Virus record (IMG/VR): IMGVR_UViG_3300042874_000086
Span: 25,673-89,672 of that record
DNA length: 64,000 bases
Reading direction: 5' to 3' (one strand)
Origin: a virus
This document shows, in pieces, positions 11,095 to 21,034 of this stretch. Made by a program: the position numbers and the translations under genes. Position 1 is the first letter of the stretch; each line of letters begins with the position of its first letter. Below the pieces are notes generated by a model. The model was not told the origin of the DNA. It ran no database searches and saw only the letters and a list, made by a program, of their open reading frames with translations.

Positions 11095-12131
11095 AAAGAA
11101 TATACGTAGACCATTACGACGCTACTGGTTTTATTGCCCCCACCTCTAATGCACTATTTAACAATGCAGAGGCACAGTATAAGATACCGTCTAAATATAT
11201 TATGGGCGCATACTTAGAGTATTTAGGGGAAACTATATCTGACATTTATTTAACTCCAACATCTTCTTTTGTTACTTTTGAGGCTGACATATCTATCGTG
11301 GAGTCTGGGTATTATACACTTAAGGTAACAGCCACATCCGGGAGCTACCAGCTTTACGTAAACGAAGACTTAGTGTTGTCTTCATTTGAAGGTAATGGTG
11401 AGATTACAATACTTATGTATAATGGTATTGCCTCTATTAGATTTAAGTACTTAGGAACTACGGGTTACAATATTACATGGAAAGCCCCAACTAATTCAGT
11501 TTTTGTTAATATTCCGGATACTCAATTACCTGTGTATGGTCGTACAATATTTCCTTTTACTATCTATGACTCTGTAGATGTACAACTACGGAATGAGTAC
11601 AATATTATAGGGGAACTATACCAAAATAGGGTACTAAATAAATTAAAAAAACCTGGTAGGACATTTAAAGTTACCTTAAAACAAGATAATGTTTACGATA
11701 GGCTTACGGTAAAGTATTGGTTTGTATCTACCCGAGGTAAATATAAGTCGTTCTTATTTCCTTCTAATGCGTCAGATTTTATTTTAAAGTCATTACCAGA
11801 AGCTGGGGATTTGTATATAACTATATTAAAGAATTTTTCAACCATAGCTCACGAGTATACCCAAAGATTAATATACATACCCGAGTTACAGTTCATTACT
11901 CCAGTATACTCGGTAGAACCAATTCTAGAGGGGGGCATTGAGTACGAAAAACTAGTAATACCAGACGCAATACCTAGTGACGTAGGTTCATGTAATATAC
12001 AGTTAATGTTCCTTTGTAGATTAGACACAGATACCCTATCTTTTGAGTTGGAAGATATTAACTTTAGCTCTTGTGATTTTACTATAAAAGAATTATCAAA
12101 CGATAATCAATTATTAAGAATATTTACTTGA
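11091..12131 (+). CDS. Tail structural protein (possible PA14-like N-terminus)
   Basis: ESGYYTLKV...YQLYVNEDLV...ITWKAP motif; C-terminal RGKYKSF and CRLDTD seen in distal-tail-type proteins. Confidence 0.5.
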   Translation: MKRIYVDHYDATGFIAPTSNALFNNAEAQYKIPSKYIMGAYLEYLGETISDIYLTPTSSFVTFEADISIVESGYYTLKVTATSGSYQLYVNEDLVLSSFEGNGEITILMYNGIASIRFKYLGTTGYNITWKAPTNSVFVNIPDTQLPVYGRTIFPFTIYDSVDVQLRNEYNIIGELYQNRVLNKLKKPGRTFKVTLKQDNVYDRLTVKYWFVSTRGKYKSFLFPSNASDFILKSLPEAGDLYITILKNFSTIAHEYTQRLIYIPELQFITPVYSVEPILEGGIEYEKLVIPDAIPSDVGSCNIQLMFLCRLDTDTLSFELEDINFSSCDFTIKELSNDNQLLRIFT

Positions 12132-12140
12132 GGGAATAAT

Positions 12141-12875
12141 GTGGATTTATACAAAGTAAGCTTATTTAACAATACCTACTATTATTCCTCTGGGGTAGAT
12201 GTTACATTTTTAGGGACTCCTTACGTAGGTAAACCCATAAACCGAACCGAAATAACAGTAGAATTACAAGATTCGGATATAAGAATAACCGCCCCCTTAA
12301 ACTTAGAGCCTTTTTCAGTCTATATTACAGCTTCTCCCTCTTCAGATATGAGCCTAACCTTATATGATTATGATTCAGGGTTTGAAATGTTTTCGGGTAT
12401 TTTAATATCACTCACTTATAAAATTGACACTGGGGTTGTTGACTTAAAATTTCAGAAGAAGGAATCGTTTTTTGATAGTGAAGTTCCATATAGAACCTAT
12501 GGTACTTTATGTTCTTTTGATTTATACTCAGCGGAGTGTGGGGTCCAAAAAGCAGATAACCAAATAGTAACAGCCACCTTCACGCTTGCTGAGGATAGAC
12601 GCTCTGTTACAGTACCTGGCATATCTGGTATACTAGATAATACATACCGATACGGGGTTGTTGGTACCGATACCGGGGAAACTTCCTTCATAATCAGTCA
12701 AGTAGGAACTACGGTTGTATTTGATACACCTTTATTCATAATTCCATCTTCCATATATTTAATAAAAGGGTGTGATAAATCATTTAGTGGTTGTGGGAGT
12801 AATTTTAATAATTCTATTAGGTATGGGGGATTCCCTGTTATACCCGCAAAAAATCCAGTTACGGAGTCTATCTAA
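12141..12875 (+). CDS. Tail-tip/baseplate hub protein (DUF2163/BR0599-like)
   Basis: C.FDLYSAECGV and GCDKSFSGCGSNFNNSIRYGGFPVIPAKNP Cys motifs. Confidence 0.85.
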   Translation: MDLYKVSLFNNTYYYSSGVDVTFLGTPYVGKPINRTEITVELQDSDIRITAPLNLEPFSVYITASPSSDMSLTLYDYDSGFEMFSGILISLTYKIDTGVVDLKFQKKESFFDSEVPYRTYGTLCSFDLYSAECGVQKADNQIVTATFTLAEDRRSVTVPGISGILDNTYRYGVVGTDTGETSFIISQVGTTVVFDTPLFIIPSSIYLIKGCDKSFSGCGSNFNNSIRYGGFPVIPAKNPVTESI

Positions 12876-13099
12876 TGCCATGGCTTTTAATTTTTACCAT
12901 TGTTCTTTTGGTTGTTTCTTACTTATTTGCCCCTACCCCCGATGTACCTACGATGAGTCCGGCTGGTTTAGATGAGTTTTCAATACCAGAGAATAATACC
13001 TATAAGGCGGTACCAAAAGTGTATGGTACGGTATACTTAAAGGGTAATTGCATCTATTATGGTAATTTAACATCATTAGCAATAACAAAATGTGCATAG
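12875..13099 (+). CDS. Small tail assembly protein
   Basis: Hydrophobic N-terminus followed by VPKVYGTVYLKG..YYG, typical upstream of a central tail protein. Confidence 0.7.
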   Translation: MPWLLIFTIVLLVVSYLFAPTPDVPTMSPAGLDEFSIPENNTYKAVPKVYGTVYLKGNCIYYGNLTSLAITKCA

Positions 13100-13111
13100 A
13101 AGGATTTTAAA

Positions 13112-15358
13112 ATGGGCAAGAGTGGTGGGTGCCAGGTAGTCGGTTACAGTTATTTTCTAGATATGGCTTATGCATTTTGTGATTATACCGACCACATACT
13201 TGGCTTTTATCTTCAGGAGAATAATGTAGTCAGTCTCAATCTTTCTAATAATGGGCAGACGTTTACAACACCAACGGGGATTAAATCAGAGCTGGGGGGT
13301 TCTTTAGGTGCTGACGCCGTCGTTACTTACTACTCCGGTACCCAGACCACATCAGACCCTTATTTAGAGTTGAAATCGGGCAAGGCATTAGCATACCATA
13401 ATGTGTGTTACTTGGTATTTAAACAAGCATTTATAGGGGATAATGTACGTACTGTACCTACCTATGGAGTACTTCTAGAACGAACTGGGATATTATCTGC
13501 CAGTTCTTTACCTAATTATGCTACCTATAGTAAAATAATGGGTACTAAGGTAATTAGTTCTTTTTCTTACACACAAAGTTCTAGTAGCACTGGTTCTATC
13601 CCCTTAGCGGAGTTACAAAGTAGTGTTGGATGGCTTAGCCAAAGGGCAAGAGTTGTTGGTAATGAGTTATTGGTCGATATAGCTACAGCTAACCCCGCTT
13701 ATATTATTTACGATATTTTAGTAACACTACTTAAAGTAAATCCATCTTTAATAGATACTACCTCCTTCAGTACTGCTGCTGAAACTTTATATAATGAGAA
13801 ACTTGGTATTAATATAGTCTTATCCTCTTCTAAGAAGGGGGTGGACTGGATTAATGAAATACTTCGGTATGCTAGTGGAATTGTTTATTTTAATACTAAC
13901 ATAGGAAAGTATACTATAAAGTTATTTAGAAGTGATTATATAAGTAGTGACCTATTGGAGGTATCTATTGACAACGCTAATTCGATAGAATTCGAAAGAC
14001 CCTCTAGAGCTAACTTACCAAACACTTTTACTATTAAATACGCTAATATTACTGGTACTGGAGTCCCCAAAAAAGATTCATTAACACTTACTAACTATGC
14101 TAATCTAACTATTGCCGGGTTTATAAAGAATATGGAGGTAGACTTTACTTGTGTAAATACAGATGAGGCTTTAGAGTACTTAGCGAGTTTATATTTTAAA
14201 AAGTTATCTTATCCACTAGCTACAATAAAGTTCAAGATTAATATATTAGACGCTATGTACTTACAAATAGGGGAGACCTTTTCGTTTTATCACGAGACAT
14301 TAACAAGTACTGGGTCTATAATATTTAGGGTCTTAAAAGTTACTGGTGATTCATCTAAGGAGCCATACCTTACTATAGAGGCGATTGAGGACATCTTTCA
14401 TGTAGGGGAGGTTGTATCAATACATAATAGTGTATCACTGGTGCTTCCTCCCCTACTCTCCTTATACCAGCCCCCCGACAAGATGAAATTTTTTGACTGT
14501 ACCCCAGAGAGTGGTACCTACCGGGGGGTATACGTTGCCACCCATTACACCAATCCACCAGGGTCTGTAATTAGAAATTTAGTTGCGGTAGAGCCTAATC
14601 AGTCACAAATAACATTTCAATCTTGGGGGTATGGGGAAGTAATAAATATTCAGAATTACTCTGATGAATCTGTTGATTATGACTTAATTATTACCATTAC
14701 AGACCCTTATGAGTCTTTACAGGAAATACTCGGAACATCTGCGGATTTACAACGGAATGTTTACACCGCGTATTGGGGGAATGAGGGAATATCGTATAAA
14801 ACCTGTATTTTAGTTGATGTTGGTGTATATGAGATTAAAGGAATAATTAGAGGCGCAATGGGGTCTAAAACTGCCCACTCTATCGGCGAAGAATTCTGGG
14901 TAACCCCAGTATCTGCTAATCAGCTACGTCCACTACCTATTGTATCTATTACCCCAACTATTTCAGTATACGCGGAAAATAGTGTTGGGACCTCCCCAAG
15001 TATTTCAAGCACGTATACTTATAATTATTCTTTGGAAACCCCATACCCTCCCAACTCTTTGAGGGTTACCCCTATGGTTGGGTACGCCAATTTATTGTGG
15101 TCTCCTTGTGTAAGACTTGCTGGTGCTAACTACAGAAACTGTGATACTATAGTAGCGGGGCATGACGAGGGGGTTGTTGAGGGTTCCTTTAAGATATATA
15201 AAGACAACGTTTATGTTACAACCATTATCCCAAAAACCTCGGATACTTTTATTAGTTATCAAGTGACACAAACTGGAACTTGGGCTATTAGTACTGTTGT
15301 TGGTTCTTTTGAATCAGTTAAAGTTACCAGCGTAGTGTCTAGTGGTGATATTTTATAA
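13112..15358 (+). CDS. Central tail-tip / host-specificity protein (Phage-tail_3-like)
   Basis: MGKSGG..VVGYSYF start; ANPAYIIYDIL and SFSTAAETLYNEKLG motifs. Confidence 0.8.
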   Translation: MGKSGGCQVVGYSYFLDMAYAFCDYTDHILGFYLQENNVVSLNLSNNGQTFTTPTGIKSELGGSLGADAVVTYYSGTQTTSDPYLELKSGKALAYHNVCYLVFKQAFIGDNVRTVPTYGVLLERTGILSASSLPNYATYSKIMGTKVISSFSYTQSSSSTGSIPLAELQSSVGWLSQRARVVGNELLVDIATANPAYIIYDILVTLLKVNPSLIDTTSFSTAAETLYNEKLGINIVLSSSKKGVDWINEILRYASGIVYFNTNIGKYTIKLFRSDYISSDLLEVSIDNANSIEFERPSRANLPNTFTIKYANITGTGVPKKDSLTLTNYANLTIAGFIKNMEVDFTCVNTDEALEYLASLYFKKLSYPLATIKFKINILDAMYLQIGETFSFYHETLTSTGSIIFRVLKVTGDSSKEPYLTIEAIEDIFHVGEVVSIHNSVSLVLPPLLSLYQPPDKMKFFDCTPESGTYRGVYVATHYTNPPGSVIRNLVAVEPNQSQITFQSWGYGEVINIQNYSDESVDYDLIITITDPYESLQEILGTSADLQRNVYTAYWGNEGISYKTCILVDVGVYEIKGIIRGAMGSKTAHSIGEEFWVTPVSANQLRPLPIVSITPTISVYAENSVGTSPSISSTYTYNYSLETPYPPNSLRVTPMVGYANLLWSPCVRLAGANYRNCDTIVAGHDEGVVEGSFKIYKDNVYVTTIIPKTSDTFISYQVTQTGTWAISTVVGSFESVKVTSVVSSGDIL

Positions 15359-15396
15359 ATAAAACGATTATAACAATAATACTAAGAGGTAATTAA

Positions 15397-16083
15397 ATGG
15401 CACTTTTGGCTAATGGGTTAGAGACCCTCGAAATAGGGGCAACTGCTTGGCGGTTGATTGTAAATGCTAACATAGAGAAACTTTATAGTAAAACTGAATG
15501 TGATACTAAGTACGTAGCAAAAGCTGGTAGTACTATGACGGGGCTTCTAGTCCTATCCGCAAACCCATCTGCTCCCTTAGGGGCAGCTACAAAACAGTAT
15601 GTGGACGATAAAGTTACTTTAGAGAATATTCAAGATTTGCTGGGGTCTTCTTTTGTAAACTCAACTTCTATTGATTGTAGTTATAATGATATTAGTAATA
15701 ACTGGGTATTTTCTGTTATATTTGGGACAACATCTACTACCGTAGCTACCGGAAATCATAAACATAATAATATGTACTCGGTTACCATGTCCTCGGACCT
15801 ATCCCCCTCCAATATGGATATATATGATAACTTTTATATTACTCTAGGGGCTAGTATAGCAGTCAATAATCCTACCAACCATTCAGTAGGACAAACAGGT
15901 AAAGTGGTATTCAAACAAGATGTTACTGGGGCCAGGGTAGTTACTTGGGGTTCTTATTACTTATTTCCCGGGGGAACCGAGCCTACTTTATCAACTGTGG
16001 CAAATGCTGTAGATACCTTTAGTTATTTTGTACTTTCTTCTACAGAGATTCTAATTACTAACATTAATTTAGCGATGTCTTAA
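15397..16083 (+). CDS. Tail fibre-like protein
   Basis: TMTGLLVLSANP...AATKQYVD and QDVTGARVVTW...FPGGTEPTLSTVANAVD motifs. Confidence 0.75.
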   Translation: MALLANGLETLEIGATAWRLIVNANIEKLYSKTECDTKYVAKAGSTMTGLLVLSANPSAPLGAATKQYVDDKVTLENIQDLLGSSFVNSTSIDCSYNDISNNWVFSVIFGTTSTTVATGNHKHNNMYSVTMSSDLSPSNMDIYDNFYITLGASIAVNNPTNHSVGQTGKVVFKQDVTGARVVTWGSYYLFPGGTEPTLSTVANAVDTFSYFVLSSTEILITNINLAMS

Positions 16084-16087
16084 TAGG

Positions 16088-16723
16088 ATGAATACTTTTA
16101 TCAGAATACTTAATTATACAAAGTGTTTATGGTCGAAATATAATCCGTTTGACTTAAATGATGAATTTATAGGTATTAATGAACATCTTATAAACGTTTA
16201 TAATAAAGTTGTAGGTATAGAAAATGCAATTATTATAGAGTTGGAAACTTATAAACAAGAACGATTATATTATCATAACTTAGTAGAAGCTATTGGTGAT
16301 GTTTCTCCCGACATGTTATGGGCTAAGAATTTAGATGGTAAATATATTTATGCAAATAATGCAATAAAAAATGGACTACTGCTAGACCATGACCCAATTG
16401 GTAAAGATGATGTCACCTTAGCACTGGCCGCTAAGGAAAGATTTGGTGAAGAAAACCACACTTTCGGGGAACTTTGTGCCGACTCCGACACAATTACTTT
16501 GACAGCATTAAAAGAATGCTCTTTTTGGGAGTACGGGAAAGTTAAGGGCAGTGACTTACACTTACTGGTAAAAAAGAAACCACTCTATGTTGATGGTGAA
16601 TTGTATGGAACTGTAGGTAGTGGGAGGGATATAACAGATTTAGTTATATTATCTAACACAGTTAATAATAATTGCTCTACTTATACATCTTTTTTTGATA
16701 TCTTAGAAAAATATAAATTTTAG
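16088..16723 (+). CDS. PAS-domain protein
   Basis: PDMLWAKNLDGKYIYANNA...IGKDD...VKKKPLY..GELYGTVGSGRDIT, a PAS/PAC signature. Confidence 0.8.
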   Translation: MNTFIRILNYTKCLWSKYNPFDLNDEFIGINEHLINVYNKVVGIENAIIIELETYKQERLYYHNLVEAIGDVSPDMLWAKNLDGKYIYANNAIKNGLLLDHDPIGKDDVTLALAAKERFGEENHTFGELCADSDTITLTALKECSFWEYGKVKGSDLHLLVKKKPLYVDGELYGTVGSGRDITDLVILSNTVNNNCSTYTSFFDILEKYKF

Positions 16724-16725
16724 GG

Positions 16726-17007
16726 GTGAACATGTCAGTTGGGTCTTGGGATGAGTTAAAATTTTATCTTACTAAAACAATAGATGAGATAAAATCAGAC
16801 CTTCATTATATACGCAAAGAACAGTTGGATACTAGAGAAAAACTCACAAATGTTTCTGCACAACTCCAAGGGCTTGATATCATTAAAACAGACTTACATG
16901 TGGTACAAGAAAAAGTTACAATTATCCAAACCAAGTTACTTGTGGGGGTTGCTATAGTAGGTGTGGTTGCTTCTGCAATCGTGCAATGGCTTGGAAGATT
17001 ATTTTAA
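16726..17007 (+). CDS. Coiled-coil protein with C-terminal TM helix (holin/XhlA-like)
   Basis: Coiled coil then LLVGVAIVGVVASAIV; immediately precedes an M15 peptidase. Confidence 0.5.
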   Translation: MNMSVGSWDELKFYLTKTIDEIKSDLHYIRKEQLDTREKLTNVSAQLQGLDIIKTDLHVVQEKVTIIQTKLLVGVAIVGVVASAIVQWLGRLF

Positions 17008-17016
17008 GGAACTACG

Positions 17017-17415
17017 ATGGATATAGTATATACCCAATGGGAATTTGTTAAAAATATTAGTAAACTTTTAACATTTATTGAGGGGTCTAATTTTATGGTA
17101 ACCTTAGGGGAAGCTTATAGGCCCTATGAATTACATTTGTTATATCTTCACGGGTTATCCGTAGAGGAGTATGGAGACTCACTTAATTTCGTACCCACTA
17201 AGCAAAAAGCCCGTACAAAAACTTCAAAGCACCTTAAACGTCTAGCTATTGACTTTAACTTCTTTATTAAAAACGATAATGGTGAGTACGATTTGACTTA
17301 TGATACTTACTTGTTGACCTTAATAGGTGAGTACTGGGAAACTCTAAATGAAAATAATGTGTGGGGCGGTTTTTGGAAACACCCAGACCCTACCCACTTT
17401 CAAATGTCATACTAA
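17017..17415 (+). CDS. M15 family peptidase (endolysin-like)
   Basis: GEAYR...SKHLKRLAIDF...WGGFW..PDPTHF. Confidence 0.85.
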   Translation: MDIVYTQWEFVKNISKLLTFIEGSNFMVTLGEAYRPYELHLLYLHGLSVEEYGDSLNFVPTKQKARTKTSKHLKRLAIDFNFFIKNDNGEYDLTYDTYLLTLIGEYWETLNENNVWGGFWKHPDPTHFQMSY

Positions 17416-17425
17416 AGGGAAATAT

Positions 17426-17653
17426 ATGAAAAATTTTATTATACTTAGGTTAATTAATATGTTATTAGGTAGGGATACCTATGATGTTATTTTTAAGCTT
17501 GTATTTAATTTAGCCACAACCCAAAGCACTGGGGAAGAGAAAAAGACTAAAGTTAAAGAATCTTTAAAAGACCTTAGACTGGACGTAAAAGACTCTGTAA
17601 TAAATTTAGCAATTGAACTAGCAGTTGCCCAATTAACTTTAAAGGATAAATAA
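17426..17653 (+). CDS. Hypothetical protein (holin-like)
   Basis: RBS AAGGGA before ATG 17426; TGEEKK...INLAIELAV motif resembles LL-H-type holins. Confidence 0.45.
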   Translation: MKNFIILRLINMLLGRDTYDVIFKLVFNLATTQSTGEEKKTKVKESLKDLRLDVKDSVINLAIELAVAQLTLKDK

Positions 17654-18072
17654 TGGCTATTGTTGCTGCAGTTTGTGACTCTTACTTAAAAGAATTGTAT
17701 GAAGGTACCCACGTAGCTACCGACAATTACTACATAGCTTTATACTTGGACACTGCTAACTTGGGGAGTACTACCACAAGTTACTCAATTACTGATGAGA
17801 CCTCTGGAACGGGGTATACTGCCGGGGGGCAACTACTGGTTGGGTTTAATACACTTATAGACTCGGGCGTATCTATTTTAGATTTTAGCACTGACGCGGT
17901 GTGGTCAGTATCTACAATAACCGCTGCCGGGGCACTGATATATAACTCAACAAAATCCAATAAAGCCGTTGCAGTGCTAGATTTTGCTGGGAATGTATCC
18001 TCGGTTGATGGCGATTTTATTGTTGAATTTCCGCTTCCTACCTCTACAGCTGGATTAATAAGGATTTCATAA
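17653..18072 (+). CDS. Conserved phage structural protein
   Basis: ETSGTGYTAGG...ITAAGALIYN...AVAVLDF motif. Confidence 0.6.
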   Translation: MAIVAAVCDSYLKELYEGTHVATDNYYIALYLDTANLGSTTTSYSITDETSGTGYTAGGQLLVGFNTLIDSGVSILDFSTDAVWSVSTITAAGALIYNSTKSNKAVAVLDFAGNVSSVDGDFIVEFPLPTSTAGLIRIS

Positions 18073-18497
18073 TGCCAGCCTTTGGGTCATCTTCACAACA
18101 ACGTTTACAAAAGGTACACCCCGACTTAGTTAAGGTTATGAACGAAGCTATCAAACATATTGATTTTTCAATTATGTTTGGTTACCGCTCCCCAGAAGAA
18201 CAATTAGAGTTATTTAAAAAAGGTCGTTCATTCCTAAAAGGAAAATGGGTAATTACTAGCAAGAAATCTGTCGTTACATATATGGACGGTACTACTAAAA
18301 AATCAAACCATAACTTCAGTCCCGCTAGAGCAGTTGATATTATGCCTTACCCGTTCCTTCAAAGTTACTGGAAAGACTCTAAAATTTGGTATGAGTACTC
18401 CGAGGCTATTAAAAAAGCTGCCGATACTATTGGTGTAAAAATAGTTTGGGGCGGGGATTGGAAAATGTTTGACGCCCCACATTTTGAGTTAGTCTAA
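18072..18497 (+). CDS. Endolysin, L-alanyl-D-glutamate peptidase (M15)
   Basis: VHPDLVKV...GYRS.EEQ..LF.KGRS...SNHN...AVDI...WGGDW..FDAPHFEL. Confidence 0.9.
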   Translation: MPAFGSSSQQRLQKVHPDLVKVMNEAIKHIDFSIMFGYRSPEEQLELFKKGRSFLKGKWVITSKKSVVTYMDGTTKKSNHNFSPARAVDIMPYPFLQSYWKDSKIWYEYSEAIKKAADTIGVKIVWGGDWKMFDAPHFELV

Positions 18498-18566
18498 ATC
18501 CACAGCTAGTTAATCCATACGATTATTGAGTAGTTATCAAAAACTAGTTAATAATAAAGGATTTAC

Positions 18567-20492
18567 ATGGCTTTAATTGCCTCCGACTGGACAGTATCTA
18601 CAAATGGTGATATAAGGTACATTGGTGCAGCACACGGTATCACCGGTGCTTCGTATGCAACAGTTATTGAGTTGCATAGATGGTTACAAGACTTAGCGGA
18701 TGACGCAAGTGCTTCTGGTGATGATTTACTTGACATTACCGGTTTAACACCTTCAGGCCGTGATACAGATAACATTATCAATCTACTTGGTACGTATAAT
18801 ATCAATCAGGCAACATCAGAACATCTTTATGATGGTACAATTAAGCAAGCGTTAGGTGCTGATATCTGGGATGGTATTGTCAACTATGGTAATGAGGGTA
18901 TTGATATTCAGCTCATCCAAAATGGTGCGTTGGTTGCAAATGACTTCTGGAATAGTCTACCTTTTGGTGCGACACTTACCGGTCTTAATCGTGATTTAGT
19001 TCAAGGTATCTCACACCGTTTCTTAGTTAAGACCCGTACAGCCGGTGTGGATATTGATGCCCGACGTATTCTAGGTATCACTCGTGAGTATGGTAAGACA
19101 TACGCTGAATTTAATATCAACGCGACTGCCTCAGGAAATAACGTTCTTGCATTGGTTAATGCACTAGATGGAAATAACACTACTGCGTCAGGAACTGTAG
19201 GGGCATGGGATAGTATTACAAATGCAAAAACCGATAGTACAACTACCGTAAATGGTACTAATGCTATTAGTTCAACTACACTCAATGTTGTGTCGGGTGC
19301 TGCATTTACTAAAGGTAACTTCATTACAATTGGGTCATTGACGCATGAGTACCAAATTACTAATATTGCAACCAATGCGTTGACAGTCACCCCGGGGTTG
19401 GAGGAAGCAACTACCGGTGGGGAAATTGTTTATAAGTTAGGTTTGGGATATAACGGAATTGATATTAATAATGATACTGTCAACGAGTTCTACTACACTA
19501 ATTGGAATCGTGATTCATACACAATTAACCAATTTTTTGAAAGAATGAAGTACCTTACTCGTGTTGGGTCTACTGGTAGAATGTATGGATTAAATGCGGA
19601 GATATTCCGTGGTATTACCCACGAGATTACTGTTGACACACCTACTGGTACATTTGCAGCTGTAGAGCGTGTTACATGGACTGGTGGTACTGGGCAGATG
19701 TTAGCTATAACCTCACCAACTACGCCTACTAAAATGTGGATTCAGTTACTAACTGGTACTGCGCCTGTTGATAACGTTGTGATTACTGGTACTGTCAGCA
19801 CTGCTACCGCTACTGTCAATGTTACCGTTACAGAGCGTACAGCACTGATTAAGCAACCATTTGCCGGAACTTCAACGGGTACAGCTTTATCGGGCGGGTA
19901 TGGTATAGGTATTGAAAAGCTTGACTTGACCGCTGCTGACAAAGTATTTGACTTAACGAATGCGCAGTACTCTCCACCTGACTATCGTGTAACTACAGTC
20001 GCTGGTTTGATTAGTACGGAGGATAGAGTTCTTGTTGGTCCAGATAATGCAGGTGCGCTTCAAGATGGTCAGTTCTTGTTGAATGCAGGTATTACATCTG
20101 GTGCAACATCAATTACCGTTAAGGTTGGTACGGAAACTCCTGGTACCAGTACGCAGTCAGCAATGGATACACCATCTGCAGGAACTTTACGTGTCAAAGA
20201 TAATACAGGTGTATATCAGCGTGTTACCTATACAGGGTTTACTGTTGCTGCAAGTACAATGACATTCACAGGATGTTCTGGTGCTCCTACAGCGGCTTTG
20301 GATAACCAAGTATTTATCTCGTATCTTGATAAGTTGGCAGACGGTACTTCGGTAACATTTACTACCATTTATCATTCGCCTAGAACATTATTTGCTCGTG
20401 TACGTGATGGTGGTGGGTCGCCTATTAAAACGTTTGAAAATACCGTTGCTCTCGGCGGATCTATTAGTGCTATCCGTACTCCAGACGTATAA
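18567..20492 (+). CDS. Large virion structural protein
   Basis: 641 aa, Thr/Gly-rich; preceded by AAGGA RBS and the ACGATTAT motif. Confidence 0.6.
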   Translation: MALIASDWTVSTNGDIRYIGAAHGITGASYATVIELHRWLQDLADDASASGDDLLDITGLTPSGRDTDNIINLLGTYNINQATSEHLYDGTIKQALGADIWDGIVNYGNEGIDIQLIQNGALVANDFWNSLPFGATLTGLNRDLVQGISHRFLVKTRTAGVDIDARRILGITREYGKTYAEFNINATASGNNVLALVNALDGNNTTASGTVGAWDSITNAKTDSTTTVNGTNAISSTTLNVVSGAAFTKGNFITIGSLTHEYQITNIATNALTVTPGLEEATTGGEIVYKLGLGYNGIDINNDTVNEFYYTNWNRDSYTINQFFERMKYLTRVGSTGRMYGLNAEIFRGITHEITVDTPTGTFAAVERVTWTGGTGQMLAITSPTTPTKMWIQLLTGTAPVDNVVITGTVSTATATVNVTVTERTALIKQPFAGTSTGTALSGGYGIGIEKLDLTAADKVFDLTNAQYSPPDYRVTTVAGLISTEDRVLVGPDNAGALQDGQFLLNAGITSGATSITVKVGTETPGTSTQSAMDTPSAGTLRVKDNTGVYQRVTYTGFTVAASTMTFTGCSGAPTAALDNQVFISYLDKLADGTSVTFTTIYHSPRTLFARVRDGGGSPIKTFENTVALGGSISAIRTPDV

Positions 20493-20502
20493 GCCTATCC
20501 GT

Positions 20503-20519
20503 CCCTCCTACTTGGAGGG
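20503..20519 (+). terminator. GC hairpin after the 641-aa gene
   Basis: CCCTCC-tactt-GGAGGG; no clear U-tract. Confidence 0.35.
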
Positions 20520-20541
20520 GCCAAATACAAAAGGATAATAT

Positions 20542-21033
20542 ATGCAATACCTAACTAAAGGTGAGTTACTAGTCGCGTTAGGTGATAGCGCAGATAGTTT
20601 CACAGCGTTCATGATGAACCCAGAGGCGTACGGCGTTACTGAACCCGCCCTAACAGCGCTGGGAGTGACTAAACAAAAATTAGATTGGACAGCAAACGTT
20701 GATATGGGCTTACCTGAAGTCAGTAGCCTCATAACTATGCTACAAAGCCTTGGGATCATTTCGCAAGCAGCAGCTGATACCTTAAGAGATACGCCAGACA
20801 GAACTGAATATGACCAATACACTATATACGTAAAAGCACAAGATGATATTACAGTAAATAACATATACGGAGCAGTGTTCGATGGCAACTTATGGAAAGT
20901 TGTAATGGACTACTACAATAACACTAAAGACATACACATCATAGAGGACGCGTACTTCAGCAGCGAGCCCACTACAGAAGAGATAACACTCCTAGTAAAT
21001 GATAAATTAACAGAGTTGAAGAGGGAGGTGTGA
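20542..21033 (+). CDS. Hypothetical protein
   Basis: 163-aa ORF with AAGGA RBS. Confidence 0.6.
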   Translation: MQYLTKGELLVALGDSADSFTAFMMNPEAYGVTEPALTALGVTKQKLDWTANVDMGLPEVSSLITMLQSLGIISQAAADTLRDTPDRTEYDQYTIYVKAQDDITVNNIYGAVFDGNLWKVVMDYYNNTKDIHIIEDAYFSSEPTTEEITLLVNDKLTELKREV

Positions 21034-21034
21034 C

